Position numbers and translations under genes: made by a program | IMG/VR virus record: IMGVR_UViG_3300008266_000014 | Coordinates: 32,001 to 96,000 of that record | Origin: a virus | Reading direction: 5' to 3' (one strand) | DNA length: 64,000 nt | Part shown: one piece after another, positions 1 to 10,822 of the stretch | Layout: every line of letters starts with the position of its first letter | How positions within the stretch are numbered: position 1 is the first letter of the stretch | Notes under the pieces: model-generated | Told to the model about the DNA's origin: nothing | The model's input: only the letters and a program-made list of their open reading frames with translations | Databases searched by the model: none

Positions 1-2
1 TT

Positions 3-2507
3 AGATTTACTGGGGTCAAGAACGCTAATCTCGTTGCAAATAGCACTGGAGGTCTCGCAGGTGTATTATATGTTCCTGCTGGCACCTTTAATGTGGGCCA
101 GAGAGAAATTTTAATTACCGATGTCAATGACGTCGATAGTCTTGATACATCTATATCAAAAGCTACGTGCTCTTTCAACGCTTACAATTTCACCAAGCAG
201 ATATCAAATCTGACTATGGTGACAAAGCAGCCGTCTACATACTCACCCGTCACCACAGTTAATACCATTGTAAACACAGTCCCTATTTCAAGAGTTAGAA
301 GATGGGACCCACTTGCCCAGACATTTAATATCAACTTCAATGATGGTAGTGATGGGTGTTTCTTGACTAAGTTTGATTTATTCTTTAAACAAAAAAGTTC
401 CACTCTTGGTTTAACAATACAAGTGAGGGAAACTGACAACGGATATCCATCGCCTACGGTGTTGACGCAAAAACAAATTGCAGCTTCTTCTGTGAATGTT
501 AGTGATGATGGAACGTCTGCAACAACGATTGTTTTAGACACCCCAGTCTTTATAAGAAATAATAAAGATTATTGTATTACAGTAATGCCGGATCAAAATT
601 CGCCAGATTATTTAATATGGACAGCTGTACCTGGACAGCCAGACGTAGCTACAAACAACGTTGACAATGGTGATTTTGGGATAGGAGTTCTGTTCCTCTC
701 TTCTAACGATAAGGTTTGGACCCCGATTCAGAACGAAGATGTAAAAATTAAAGCATATTATGCTAAATTTACACCTACGTCTGGAACAGTCTTGCTTGAG
801 AATGATAACTACGAGTTCCTTTCTATATCAAATACTGAGGGTTCTTTTGTTGGTGGAGAGCGAGTTGCACAGAAAGCAAATTCATACGTCACAGCAGCTA
901 CCTTCACCGGAAATACCACCAGTGGTGTAGCAAATACGTCAGCAAGTCTAACCTCTACTGTCAGTGCTGGTGATTATTTACTGATTGTTTATGGAGACAG
1001 TGTCACATCTGCAAAGACTGGAACTGTTTCAGTGTCGTCTGGAAACACAACGGTCACAGGATCAGGCACGAGCTTCAATACCGAATATACTGTTGGTGAT
1101 TATTTACTAATCAGCAGTAATGTGAGAGAAGTTGTTGCTATAGCGAATTCAACCCAGATGACTATTGATGCTCCGCTAACAGCAGTCGCAGCTTCTGTTG
1201 CTCATTATGGAGTTACTGATACACTACAAATTAATAAAGTTCTTTCAGTCAATGCTACTTCTGTATCACTGAGAGACAACTTAATTAAAACAATCGACAA
1301 TGCAACAGTATATGCTGGTGTACAGAAAGTTGTTACAGGTATTGTTGACAAGGTAGGAACTGATAACACAATTGTTATTAAAAATTCTACCGCTGCTAAT
1401 AGCTCGTTTGTGTTTGCTTCTACGAAGTCCTTGGTTGGTGGCATTTCGCAAGCAAGAAGCACCATCAGTAGTGTGGATGATTTTACTGTTAATTATGTCG
1501 AACCACATATTTCTACAGTTGTTCCTAATCCTACAGGTGTGTCATTGACACAATCTATTGCTGGAACCTCAGCAGCAACTGCGAATCAATCAGTATCGTT
1601 TGGTGTTTCTAACAAAACTCTCTATGAAGCTGAAATTAGATCAAGAAGTAATGAAATTATTTTAGATTCAGGAAACAAATCTTTCAATCTATTTGTTTCT
1701 TTGACAAGACCATCAAATGTAAATAAAATAAGCCCTATCATCGATTTGAATCCTGCAAGTGTGGTTGTGTTGCAGAATAAAGTGAACAATTCAAGCAGTA
1801 ATGAAAATACGAAGTATGGATCTGCAACTGTTAAATATATTTCCAAGCAGGTAGTTCTTGCTGATGGGCTCGATGCTGAAGATTTGAAGGTTTATCTCAC
1901 AGCCTACAAGCCAGTGAGTACAGATGTGCTGGTCTATGGTAAATTCCTCAATAGTTCTGATACGGAATCGTTTAACGATAAAGATTGGACGCTTTTGGAT
2001 CAAACTACGGAAACAAACTTGTACAGTGACCTTGCTGACGCCCAAGATTACTTGGAGTATGAGTATTCGGTACCAAGAAGTCCTTTATCAACCTCAGTTG
2101 CTGGAAAAGTAACTACAAACTCTAATACAACATTGACTGGTGTAGATACTACATTCACGTCAGCTCTTTCAAGTGGTGATGTGATTAAGATTGTTAGTCC
2201 ATCTTCTCCTTCTGCGTTTGAGATAAATGTTGTGCAGTCGGTTTCTAATAATACAACTGTTGTGTTGTCAAACAGTAACGGACCTTACTCCAACACCAGT
2301 TCAAGTGGGTTTGATTTAGAGAAAGTAACATATCCAAAAACTGCATTTAAGTACTCAAATGATAATAACATAATTAGATATTACGATTCTAACCAATCTG
2401 GATACTCAACATATAAGATTTTTGCAATAAAAATTGTACTTCTTTCAGGGTCTACAGAAGTTGTTCCGGTTGTTAAGGATATTAGAGCTTTGGCGGTATC
2501 GGTATGA
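3..2507 (+). CDS. Large virion structural/baseplate protein, C-terminal part (VrlC/DUF4815-like); 5' truncated by window
   Basis: Frame is open from base 3 (RFTGVKNANLVAN...). Contains DPLAQTF...FLTKFDLFF and ends FAIKIVLLSG...VPVVKDIRALA, typical of the giant structural protein of aquatic T4-like phages. Confidence 0.7.
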   Translation, partial: RFTGVKNANLVANSTGGLAGVLYVPAGTFNVGQREILITDVNDVDSLDTSISKATCSFNAYNFTKQISNLTMVTKQPSTYSPVTTVNTIVNTVPISRVRRWDPLAQTFNINFNDGSDGCFLTKFDLFFKQKSSTLGLTIQVRETDNGYPSPTVLTQKQIAASSVNVSDDGTSATTIVLDTPVFIRNNKDYCITVMPDQNSPDYLIWTAVPGQPDVATNNVDNGDFGIGVLFLSSNDKVWTPIQNEDVKIKAYYAKFTPTSGTVLLENDNYEFLSISNTEGSFVGGERVAQKANSYVTAATFTGNTTSGVANTSASLTSTVSAGDYLLIVYGDSVTSAKTGTVSVSSGNTTVTGSGTSFNTEYTVGDYLLISSNVREVVAIANSTQMTIDAPLTAVAASVAHYGVTDTLQINKVLSVNATSVSLRDNLIKTIDNATVYAGVQKVVTGIVDKVGTDNTIVIKNSTAANSSFVFASTKSLVGGISQARSTISSVDDFTVNYVEPHISTVVPNPTGVSLTQSIAGTSAATANQSVSFGVSNKTLYEAEIRSRSNEIILDSGNKSFNLFVSLTRPSNVNKISPIIDLNPASVVVLQNKVNNSSSNENTKYGSATVKYISKQVVLADGLDAEDLKVYLTAYKPVSTDVLVYGKFLNSSDTESFNDKDWTLLDQTTETNLYSDLADAQDYLEYEYSVPRSPLSTSVAGKVTTNSNTTLTGVDTTFTSALSSGDVIKIVSPSSPSAFEINVVQSVSNNTTVVLSNSNGPYSNTSSSGFDLEKVTYPKTAFKYSNDNNIIRYYDSNQSGYSTYKIFAIKIVLLSGSTEVVPVVKDIRALAVSV

Positions 2508-2734
2508 GTATAGTAAAAACCGATGTTTCTGATTTTGATAGGGATGTTGGTAATGGTGCGTTAATAAATAATAATGTTAACGCATTCACCCTCTATAAGC
2601 AAAGAAGACAGCAGCAGCAAGATGCAAATAGTCTTCAAACCCAGGTTGATAACTTGAAAACAGATATCAATGAAATCAAGAGTTTATTAATGGTCCTAAT
2701 TCAAAGAGATAGCAATGGCACTTTCAACAGCTAA
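2504..2734 (+). CDS. Small conserved T4-like protein with coiled-coil C-terminus
   Basis: 76 aa, ATGA overlap with upstream gene; RD..GALIN N-terminus and LKTDINEIKSLL tail. Confidence 0.6.
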   Translation: MSIVKTDVSDFDRDVGNGALINNNVNAFTLYKQRRQQQQDANSLQTQVDNLKTDINEIKSLLMVLIQRDSNGTFNS

Positions 2735-3836
2735 TGTAAACACAAGCACGGATTCTTTCCAAAACTGGATTGATAAAACTAACATTCTTCTTGATGCTTA
2801 TTCCACGACTATTGTAACCACCGCTGCAAATACCGGGGGTGGTACCACAGTCGGTAATGCTGTCATAAACGGCACTTTCCGAGCAAATACTTTAGTAGCT
2901 GGGGAAAATCTTAGAGGTGGTAACGTCACTACCAGTGGAGTCCTTTCAATATCCAGTAACGTATCGATAGGCAACTCTACTGTTAATACTGTTTTTAGCA
3001 CTACTACTATTGATACAGACCTGGCTCTAACAGTTGGGGGAGCAGCGACTCTCTCAGGTACTCTTTTGGTTAGTGGGGTGGCTACTCTTGCAGGAAATAC
3101 AATTCTTTCCGGAACATCCCACACAATTGCTGGTAATTCTAGTTTTGATTCTGGTGTTCTGTTTGTTGATGGTACAAATAATAGAGTTGGAGTAAATGAT
3201 AATACTCCTTCCGTTGCCCTTGACGTAACAGGGGACATTAACGTAACAGCTACTGCAAATGTTCAAGGAAATGCTAACGTAGGTGGAACATTTGGTGTCA
3301 CAGGAATTACTACACTAGCTGCTAACGTGAATATCGGCGGGGTTGCTACAGTATCCAACAACTTCAGTGTCACTGGAGATTCGAGACATAGTGGCGACAG
3401 ATTCGTTGTTACTACTTCAGGAGTGAGCGTTAATAGTGTAGCAACATTCACTGCAAACGCAACATTCCAGCAGCAAGTAGTTTCTCAGTCTAACACCCTT
3501 ACAATTAATGTTGCTACATTCATTACATCGTCAAATGGAGATCTAGGTTCAAATACAACATCCCCACTCTTGGTAATGAGTGTACCCAAGGCTACTTACA
3601 AAGGCGGCGAATTAATCGTAAGTATTACTAAATCCACAAAGTCCCAAATATCCAAACTTCTTTTTGTTCATGATAGTAGTGATGTTGAAATGACTGCGTA
3701 TGGAACAATAATGACTCCAGCACTAGACCCTGATCTTGGTACAATTACTGCGGGTATAAATAATGCCAATGTAGAAATAAAAATACAACAATCAACAGGA
3801 AATACGGCCGTTAAAATGATGGCAACCTTATTCTAA
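2715..3836 (+). CDS. Virion structural protein / tail-fibre-like
   Basis: 373 aa, T/S/N/G-rich beta repeats; shares the FDSGVLFVDxxNNRVGVN repeat with the next gene. Confidence 0.65.
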   Translation: MALSTANVNTSTDSFQNWIDKTNILLDAYSTTIVTTAANTGGGTTVGNAVINGTFRANTLVAGENLRGGNVTTSGVLSISSNVSIGNSTVNTVFSTTTIDTDLALTVGGAATLSGTLLVSGVATLAGNTILSGTSHTIAGNSSFDSGVLFVDGTNNRVGVNDNTPSVALDVTGDINVTATANVQGNANVGGTFGVTGITTLAANVNIGGVATVSNNFSVTGDSRHSGDRFVVTTSGVSVNSVATFTANATFQQQVVSQSNTLTINVATFITSSNGDLGSNTTSPLLVMSVPKATYKGGELIVSITKSTKSQISKLLFVHDSSDVEMTAYGTIMTPALDPDLGTITAGINNANVEIKIQQSTGNTAVKMMATLF

Positions 3837-3847
3837 ACAGGTTATAA

Positions 3848-6622
3848 ATGGCAAATACAAGATTCAAAACCCACCACGGTTTAAACTCCACAGCTAATAG
3901 TTATGTCCAGGGTGATTTGGAGGTTACAGGAAATGTGCAAATTGGAGGTGTATTAGCTTATAGCGGTGTTGCTGTTGGTAACTTTATTCCAGATTCTGAC
4001 CAGCGTGATTTAGGAAATACGACAAATAGATGGGATCTTTTTGGTTTTACAGCTAATATTGCCAGTACATTAAGAGCTAATGGAGCAGCATCTCTCGGAA
4101 ATACGTTAACAGTCACTGGTGCTGCTACATTTTCCAACACTATCACTATTGAAAATAATGCAAATTTAACGAGCACGTTATCAGTTAACGGAGCAGCCTC
4201 TTTTTCAAATAGTATTACGGTTGTTGGGGATGTTATATCTAATAACACATTAACGGCTAATGGTAATACGTCTTTTACCAACACCCTCTTTGTTCTCACT
4301 ACTAACAGCACCTCAAATGTATTAACGATTGGTGCTGTCAATACCTCGGTAGATTCGGGTGTTCTTTTCGTTGATTCAGTGAATAACAGAGTCGGTGTTA
4401 ATAATACTGCTCCTGGAGTCGCTTTGCGTGTCACTGGTGCAGTTGACATTTCTTCTACTGCAAATATTCAAGGTAGTGCCAATGTAAGTGGTACTTTTGG
4501 TGTTGGTGGCAATACAACACTCAGTGGGACTCTCCAGACAGTTGCTGGTAATGTAAACTTTGATTCTGGTGTTCTATTTGTTGATTCTGTAAATAATAGA
4601 GTTGGTGTAAATAACACGACACCAGATGCGTCCTTCGTAGTTACAGGTACAGCAAATATTAGTGGCAATACTGTTATTACTGGTACATCACACTCAATAA
4701 CTGGTAATGTTAATATTGACTCTGGAGCGCTCTATGTTGATGGAGTAAGCAACAGAGTAGGTATCAATAATACAACACCAGATGCAGCGCTAACGCTGAC
4801 AGGTTCTGCAAATATATCTGGACTGATCACAGGATCTTCTGGTGCATCTTTAACGGGTACTGTTAATGTTTCTAGTGGCATTAACATTGGTTCAACTTTA
4901 AGTGTAAACACGTCTTCACTTCTAGTTAATACTTTTGTTACTGTATCGGGACTGCTGTCGTCTAATACAACAAGCCCGCAAGTAAATGGATTCAGCACAT
5001 TGTTTCTTTCAGAAGTATCTCCAGGAGATCAAATTCTTTTTTCAGGAAATACATCTTTATTCACTGTACAGTCCATAACAAATAATACAATATTAACACT
5101 AACAACTAATGCACCAACATCAAGTTCAAATACTGCTCAGCGTTTGGCAACAACAAGAATATCTGTTTCCGAAGTAACAACGAATGGTACCCTCTCTGCT
5201 CAGAGATCGGCTAATCTGTTTGGCAATGTTGCATTGACAAATCAACTTCTTTCTCTAACATCTAATAGTACTTCTAATGTTGTTACCTTTGGATCAGGGA
5301 ATGTGAATTTTGATACCGGTACTTTATTTGTTGATGCGGTAAACAATCGTGTTGGTATAGGTAACACTGCACCAAATGTAACTTTACAAGTATCCGGTAC
5401 TGTTAACACATCAACACTAACAACAACCACAATAACATCTGGTAATTCTACCAGCAATGTCGTAGCAAACAGTGTAGGTGTAACGGCACCAAATATTAAC
5501 TCCGCTACTCTATTTGTTGGCAACACAACAAGCAATGTGTTTGCAAATAGTACAGGTATTTACACACCTCTTGTTAATGCAACGTCACTTAATGTGAGTT
5601 CTTTCACATCTGGAACCATTGCTGTTGGTAATTCAACTGTTAATGCTTCTATTAACAGCACCTCAATTGTAGTTGGTAACTCAACTTTCAATACGTTTAT
5701 CGGATCTACATATCTTGATATAGATGGATATGTAAACATTGCTGGTGATTTTGCTGTGGATACCAATGTATTAAAGGTAGATGTAACAACAAACCGTGTC
5801 GCTGTGAACAAATCAGTACCAGCAGCAGCTTTAGATGTTGTGGGTGAAGCGCTTATTTCTACAAGTGTTAACTCTGCCTTGTATACCATTGGTAGTACAT
5901 TCATTGCAAATACTACTGGGGTGTATCATACTGGTACTGTAAATGCAACTTCATTTACAACAACTAATTTTATTGCTAATACTAGCCAGATTGGTTTCAC
6001 TAACCTAATTGCAAACTCTATTGGCATTTACCATACGGGCACTGTTAATGCAGCATCGCATACGATTGGATCAAGCTTAATTGCTAACTCTGCTGGTGTG
6101 TATCATACGGGTACAGTCAACGCTGCTTCTCATACTGTTGGTGGTAATTTTACTGCTAACTCCACTGGAGTATATGCTGGAGTAATTTCTGGAACTACAA
6201 CAACCATTACTTCATTGGGTGTTGGAACAGCGCCAACAGGAACGACAGGTGAAATTGTTGCAACAAATGATGTTACAGCTTACTACTCTGATAAACGTCT
6301 CAAAAACATTTTAGGTAATATTGAAAATCCACTGGAAAAGATTAGCAGGATTAATGGTGTGTATTACAAGCAGAACGAGCTTGCTGAGCAGATGGGATAT
6401 AGAAACTACGATACACAAGTTGGTCTAATTGCTCAAGAAGTGCAGAGTATTTTACCGGAAGTAATTAAAATAGCTCCTTTCGATATGGGTCCAGAAAAAG
6501 AAAGTAAGTCGGGTGAGAATTATCTCACTATCCAGTATGAAAAATTAGTGCCATTGCTCGTAGAAGCAATTAAAGAACTTAAACAACAATTAGACGAGTT
6601 AAAAAATGGCAACAAAGGCTAA
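3848..6622 (+). CDS. Tail fibre with C-terminal peptidase S74 intramolecular chaperone
   Basis: 924 aa; repeated LFVDxVNNRVG and ANxTGVYHTGTVNA units; YSDKRLK...GLIAQEV...YEKLVPLLVEAIKEL chaperone signature. Confidence 0.85.
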   Translation: MANTRFKTHHGLNSTANSYVQGDLEVTGNVQIGGVLAYSGVAVGNFIPDSDQRDLGNTTNRWDLFGFTANIASTLRANGAASLGNTLTVTGAATFSNTITIENNANLTSTLSVNGAASFSNSITVVGDVISNNTLTANGNTSFTNTLFVLTTNSTSNVLTIGAVNTSVDSGVLFVDSVNNRVGVNNTAPGVALRVTGAVDISSTANIQGSANVSGTFGVGGNTTLSGTLQTVAGNVNFDSGVLFVDSVNNRVGVNNTTPDASFVVTGTANISGNTVITGTSHSITGNVNIDSGALYVDGVSNRVGINNTTPDAALTLTGSANISGLITGSSGASLTGTVNVSSGINIGSTLSVNTSSLLVNTFVTVSGLLSSNTTSPQVNGFSTLFLSEVSPGDQILFSGNTSLFTVQSITNNTILTLTTNAPTSSSNTAQRLATTRISVSEVTTNGTLSAQRSANLFGNVALTNQLLSLTSNSTSNVVTFGSGNVNFDTGTLFVDAVNNRVGIGNTAPNVTLQVSGTVNTSTLTTTTITSGNSTSNVVANSVGVTAPNINSATLFVGNTTSNVFANSTGIYTPLVNATSLNVSSFTSGTIAVGNSTVNASINSTSIVVGNSTFNTFIGSTYLDIDGYVNIAGDFAVDTNVLKVDVTTNRVAVNKSVPAAALDVVGEALISTSVNSALYTIGSTFIANTTGVYHTGTVNATSFTTTNFIANTSQIGFTNLIANSIGIYHTGTVNAASHTIGSSLIANSAGVYHTGTVNAASHTVGGNFTANSTGVYAGVISGTTTTITSLGVGTAPTGTTGEIVATNDVTAYYSDKRLKNILGNIENPLEKISRINGVYYKQNELAEQMGYRNYDTQVGLIAQEVQSILPEVIKIAPFDMGPEKESKSGENYLTIQYEKLVPLLVEAIKELKQQLDELKNGNKG

Positions 6623-6935
6623 TATTGTTATTGATCAGGGTACTACGTTTTCTACGAGTATTTCTCTTACTGATGAAAATGGAGATGCTATAGATCTTAC
6701 TGGATATACTGGTAGATCGCAGATGAGAAAACACTATACATCTTCCAACTCTCAGAGTTTTACAGTTGTCTTGAATACATCTGAAGGAACAGTTGCTCTA
6801 TCATTAACACCAGTTCAAACTGCCAACCTTACCCCAGGTAGGTATGTTTACGATGTGGAGATAGTTAGTGCTGCAAATGTGGTATCAAGAATTGTAGAGG
6901 GAATAGTAACAGTCACTCCAGAAGTCACAAGATAA
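6606..6935 (+). CDS. Small beta-sandwich tail-associated protein
   Basis: 109 aa; NIVIDQGTTF...GRYVYDVEI...RIVEGIVTVTPEVT pattern common in fibre regions of T4-like phages. Confidence 0.65.
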   Translation: MATKANIVIDQGTTFSTSISLTDENGDAIDLTGYTGRSQMRKHYTSSNSQSFTVVLNTSEGTVALSLTPVQTANLTPGRYVYDVEIVSAANVVSRIVEGIVTVTPEVTR

Positions 6936-7199
6936 ATGAGTGTTAATAACGCAAGAGTGAGGCTAGTAACAGGCTCAAACATAACCGCAAGAGTAGGAAC
7001 TAGCAACGGTCAGATCCAGGCATCTGCGCCAGTTACTCTTACCACCAGACCAAACAGACTTGATTTGCTCGACGATGTTGAGGAGGGGGTTTCACCCGCA
7101 AATGGCGCTGTCCTCATGTACAGAGCTTCGGATGATAAATATGTTGTAGATCAGATTTCTTTTAGTAATTTAGGTAATCTTGATGGTGGCACATTCTAA
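6936..7199 (+). CDS. Small virion protein
   Basis: 87 aa, ends LDGGTF like the next gene. Confidence 0.55.
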   Translation: MSVNNARVRLVTGSNITARVGTSNGQIQASAPVTLTTRPNRLDLLDDVEEGVSPANGAVLMYRASDDKYVVDQISFSNLGNLDGGTF

Positions 7200-7224
7200 A
7201 AAAGAACAAAAATAAGGTAGGGAA

Positions 7225-9399
7225 ATGGCAAACTTAATCCAGATTAAGAGATCAACGGATACAGCAACACCACCAACGTTGGCTAATGGTGAATTGGCTT
7301 ATACGTCTAACGGTAACATACTCTTCATCGGCGACGAGGGTAGTATTCTTGCAATTGCTGGTGAAAGGGTTCCAGGTACCCTGACAGCTAATCAGGCACT
7401 TGTTGCAAACTCAACCAGCGGCATCGACAAGGTTATTGTAGCTAACCTTGTTCCTACTTCTGTCTATGCTAATGGATCATCTGGCGCCAATGGAACAGTT
7501 TTAACATCAAATGGGTCTGCAGTTTATTGGGGACCTGGAACCGTTTCCGGATCAAACACTCAAGTACAGTTCAACGACTCTGGTTTTGCTAACGGATCTG
7601 CAAACTTCACGTTTGATAAAGTAAACGGAGATCTATCTGTCTCCAATAATGTTTTACTAAAGTATGTTGCTGGTACAAATGGCTCTAGAAACATAACAAC
7701 CAACTACAATACAGAAAATGGTACTGTAGGAATCCAAGCTAATTTGTTTGTTGGAGTTGCAGGTGGTGGTAGTGTTTTAATTGGACAAACGTCTAACAAC
7801 CAACTGGTTAACCTCTCCAACACCACCATGGAGGTGAGAGGTGGTTGGGAAGCAAACAACGGTGCGTTGAGTCTTTTTGGTGGTAGCTTCACTGATAGTA
7901 ATTATGCAAAAATATTCTTGCAGGGTAATACCAGCACCGCAACAATTGAAGCTAACACCACTGTAGTTAAAACAATTGGTGGAACAACTCTTTCCACAAC
8001 AAATAGTACAGCTCTAACAATTTCTTCAGGGCTGGTATTTAGCGGTAATGGTGCATCAGTCACTTCTGTAAATGCAGCCACGGTTGGTGGTAATTCTGCT
8101 TCGGATTTGAGAACATATACTGAGGATAAAGCAGCGAACGCTTACTCCAATGCAATGTCCGACACACTGTCGAGAAGTGGTAGCTACACAGGTAATAATA
8201 CGTTTGGTGGAACAAACACCGTATTCAATTCTAATGTAAGTATTGCAGGAACAATTAATAGAGACCCTGTTATTACTCTTGCTGGTGATTTAACTGGCTC
8301 TGTAACTCTTACAAACTTAGCAAACGGTACGCTGACTGCAACAATTGCAGCAAATTCTATAGCACTTGGTGTCGATACAACTGGTGATTATGTTGCAAAT
8401 GTAACAGCAGGCAACGGTCTTTCTGGAACAGCATCAGGTGAAGGATCAACACCAACACTAGCTGTTGTAGCTAACAACGGTCTTGCAAGCAACTCTACAG
8501 GAGTGTTTGTTGTAGCAAATAACGGACTTGCATCAAACTCTACAGGGGTATTTGTTGTTGCTGGTACAGGTGTCACCTCCAATGCAACTGGTGTTCATAT
8601 TGGACAGGCTGTTGGAACAACTGATAGTGTAACATTCCAAGACTTAACTACCAATGGTAATACAGTTCTTGGTAGTGGTTCAATGGACGTTGTTTCATTT
8701 AATGCATCTGTTAATACTAACATACTACCTGCTGCCAACGCCACATACAATTTTGGTAATAATACACTAAGGTGGTATCAGGTTTTTGCTCAGAATGTTC
8801 ATTCAGAATATGGATATTTTGACAAAGATGTTACTATCTCAGGTAACTTGACTGTTTCAGGTAATGTTACTACCATCAATGTATCAACCTTGTCTGTTAC
8901 CGACTCACTAATTCAGCTTGCGTCAAATAATACTTTATCTGATTCGTTAGATATTGGTTTCTTTGGTAGCTATCAAACGGGTGGTGGAGATCATGAACAT
9001 ACTGGTCTTTTCAGAGACGCATCTGACGACAAATACAAACTGTTCAAAGGGTTGACCGTATCGCCAACAACAACAGTTGATACCTCTAACAACACATATC
9101 AGGTAGCAACTCTTGTTTCTTATCTTGAGTCCGGTGCGCTATCAACAAATTCGACCAGCATTACGCTAACAGCTAATGCAACAGTCAACGTATCTATAAC
9201 AGCTAACTCGCTTACTCTCAGTTCACCTCTTGCTGGAACTAGTGGTGGTACAGGGTTAAGTTCGGTTACTGCAGAGGATATTCTTGTTGCTAACTCAACC
9301 AATGGATTCCGCACACTGGCATTAGGTACCGATGGGTATGTGCTTCAATCAAATGGAAGTGCTGTTGTTTATGCTACTCTTGATGGGGGAACATTTTAG
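7225..9399 (+). CDS. Tail fibre-like protein (Mtd N-terminal-like IQIKRS...LANGELAY)
   Basis: 724 aa; N-terminal IQIKRS/GELAY motif, tandem VVANNGLASNSTG repeats, ends LDGGTF. Confidence 0.7.
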   Translation: MANLIQIKRSTDTATPPTLANGELAYTSNGNILFIGDEGSILAIAGERVPGTLTANQALVANSTSGIDKVIVANLVPTSVYANGSSGANGTVLTSNGSAVYWGPGTVSGSNTQVQFNDSGFANGSANFTFDKVNGDLSVSNNVLLKYVAGTNGSRNITTNYNTENGTVGIQANLFVGVAGGGSVLIGQTSNNQLVNLSNTTMEVRGGWEANNGALSLFGGSFTDSNYAKIFLQGNTSTATIEANTTVVKTIGGTTLSTTNSTALTISSGLVFSGNGASVTSVNAATVGGNSASDLRTYTEDKAANAYSNAMSDTLSRSGSYTGNNTFGGTNTVFNSNVSIAGTINRDPVITLAGDLTGSVTLTNLANGTLTATIAANSIALGVDTTGDYVANVTAGNGLSGTASGEGSTPTLAVVANNGLASNSTGVFVVANNGLASNSTGVFVVAGTGVTSNATGVHIGQAVGTTDSVTFQDLTTNGNTVLGSGSMDVVSFNASVNTNILPAANATYNFGNNTLRWYQVFAQNVHSEYGYFDKDVTISGNLTVSGNVTTINVSTLSVTDSLIQLASNNTLSDSLDIGFFGSYQTGGGDHEHTGLFRDASDDKYKLFKGLTVSPTTTVDTSNNTYQVATLVSYLESGALSTNSTSITLTANATVNVSITANSLTLSSPLAGTSGGTGLSSVTAEDILVANSTNGFRTLALGTDGYVLQSNGSAVVYATLDGGTF
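8464..8559 (+). repeat. Tandem 45-nt coding repeat (VVANNGLASNSTGVF x2 plus a partial)
   Basis: gttgtagctaacaacggtcttgcaagcaactctacaggagtgttt followed by gttgtagcaaataacggacttgcatcaaactctacaggggtattt. Confidence 0.8.
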
Positions 9400-9593
9400 T
9401 GGAAGCTGAATTTGTTAATGTTTATATTCAGAAACAAAAAGCATGGATTGAAGATCTTACAGCAAAGCAAATAATTCTAGAAACAAGACTTCAGCTAGCC
9501 GAAACACAGTGTGCAAAGCTAGCTGAAGAGTTATCCAAGCTAAATAGCAAGATAGAAAAAACAAAAAAGAAATCAGAACATTCTGATTTTTAG
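9399..9593 (+). CDS. Small coiled-coil protein
   Basis: 64 aa, GTG start overlapping upstream stop, heptad pattern. Confidence 0.6.
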   Translation: MEAEFVNVYIQKQKAWIEDLTAKQIILETRLQLAETQCAKLAEELSKLNSKIEKTKKKSEHSDF

Positions 9594-9621
9594 TGCTCTA
9601 TATAGAGTCTGAAAGGCCCAC

Positions 9622-9936
9622 ATGGCTAATAAATTACAGATCAAACGTACGGCTGTTTCAGGACGTACTCCTAATACTACCAACTCTGGTAACACTCACT
9701 TCATAGATACTGGTGAGTTAGCATTGAATCTGGCCGATGGGAAACTCTTCTCGTCAAATGGATCGGCATATTTTGAAGTTGGTGCAAATATTTCAAGTCT
9801 TTCAGTCACCTCTATTGTTGCAAACGGCTCCACAGGAACAGCTGATCAGGTGTTGGCATCCAATGGTACTGGTGTCTATTGGGCCTCCTCTTCTGCCGAA
9901 TCGGCAGCTATTGTTTATGCAATCGCTTTAGGATAA
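9622..9936 (+). CDS. Short fibre-associated protein (LQIKRT...GELALN)
   Basis: 104 aa; same N-terminal motif class as 7225; ends YAIALG. Confidence 0.6.
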   Translation: MANKLQIKRTAVSGRTPNTTNSGNTHFIDTGELALNLADGKLFSSNGSAYFEVGANISSLSVTSIVANGSTGTADQVLASNGTGVYWASSSAESAAIVYAIALG

Positions 9937-9939
9937 AAA

Positions 9940-10305
9940 ATGGCAAGTACTTTTAAAAGATATTTTTATCAGAGTGTAGGAACTGCTAATACAACAGTTT
10001 ATAACCCTACAACAACTGGAATTCAATCTACTATTATCGGATTTTCTTTATGTAATAAAACAAACAACACTATCGAAGCTAGTGCAACATTTTCTCAGGG
10101 TGCTAATTCTGCTAGTGCCGGTGCCAACACAGTTTACTTAATTAAAAGTGCTGTTATTCCTGCTGGTTCATCTCTTGTTGTTGTTGGTGGTGATCAGAAG
10201 CTAGTACTTGTTGCAAATAGTACATCAAGTGATGTCCTTGAAGTATCAAGTAATACTTCTTCTTCTGTTGACGTTATGTTATCTGTTCTTGAGGTAACCC
10301 CATAA
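9940..10305 (+). CDS. Virion structural protein
   Basis: 121 aa; LIKSAVIPAGSSL..VGGDQKLVL...SVDVMLSVLE family seen in fibre operons. Confidence 0.6.
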   Translation: MASTFKRYFYQSVGTANTTVYNPTTTGIQSTIIGFSLCNKTNNTIEASATFSQGANSASAGANTVYLIKSAVIPAGSSLVVVGGDQKLVLVANSTSSDVLEVSSNTSSSVDVMLSVLEVTP

Positions 10306-10820
10306 TGTCTTACATAGGAACCCCAGCTCAAAACTTTGAAGAGACCTACGAGACCAGAACTGATTTCTTTTCCGGTAATGGTAGCAATACACAATTCACT
10401 CTAACCTATCCTGTAACCAAAACAATTGATATTGAGGTACTTGTTAATAATGTACAACAAAATCCTCACTCTGGATCATACTCTGTAAATGGTACAACTC
10501 TGACATTTACATCTGCACCAAGTGCAGCGTCAAATAATGTATACGTTGTTTATAGGAGCTTCTTCAGAACAAGTCCAATATTAAACACCAGTGCAGTAAT
10601 TTCCGATTATATTGCCCCACTAGCTGTTACGACATCCAAAATAGCAGCACAGGCAGTCACAACAGAAAAAGTTGCTAATACTATCACGCTTGGAAATGTA
10701 ACACTTACAGGCCCAGCAACATCAGCTAATAATATTTCAATTAACACAAGAGCAACGTCTGCAAATCATGCAACACAAAAACAATATGTTGATGCATTGA
10801 CGATTATCTTTGGAGCATAA
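10305..10820 (+). CDS. Virion structural protein
   Basis: 171 aa; MSYIG start, FSGNGSNTQFTL, LTFTSAP, ATQKQYVD motifs. Confidence 0.6.
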   Translation: MSYIGTPAQNFEETYETRTDFFSGNGSNTQFTLTYPVTKTIDIEVLVNNVQQNPHSGSYSVNGTTLTFTSAPSAASNNVYVVYRSFFRTSPILNTSAVISDYIAPLAVTTSKIAAQAVTTEKVANTITLGNVTLTGPATSANNISINTRATSANHATQKQYVDALTIIFGA

Positions 10821-10822
10821 TA

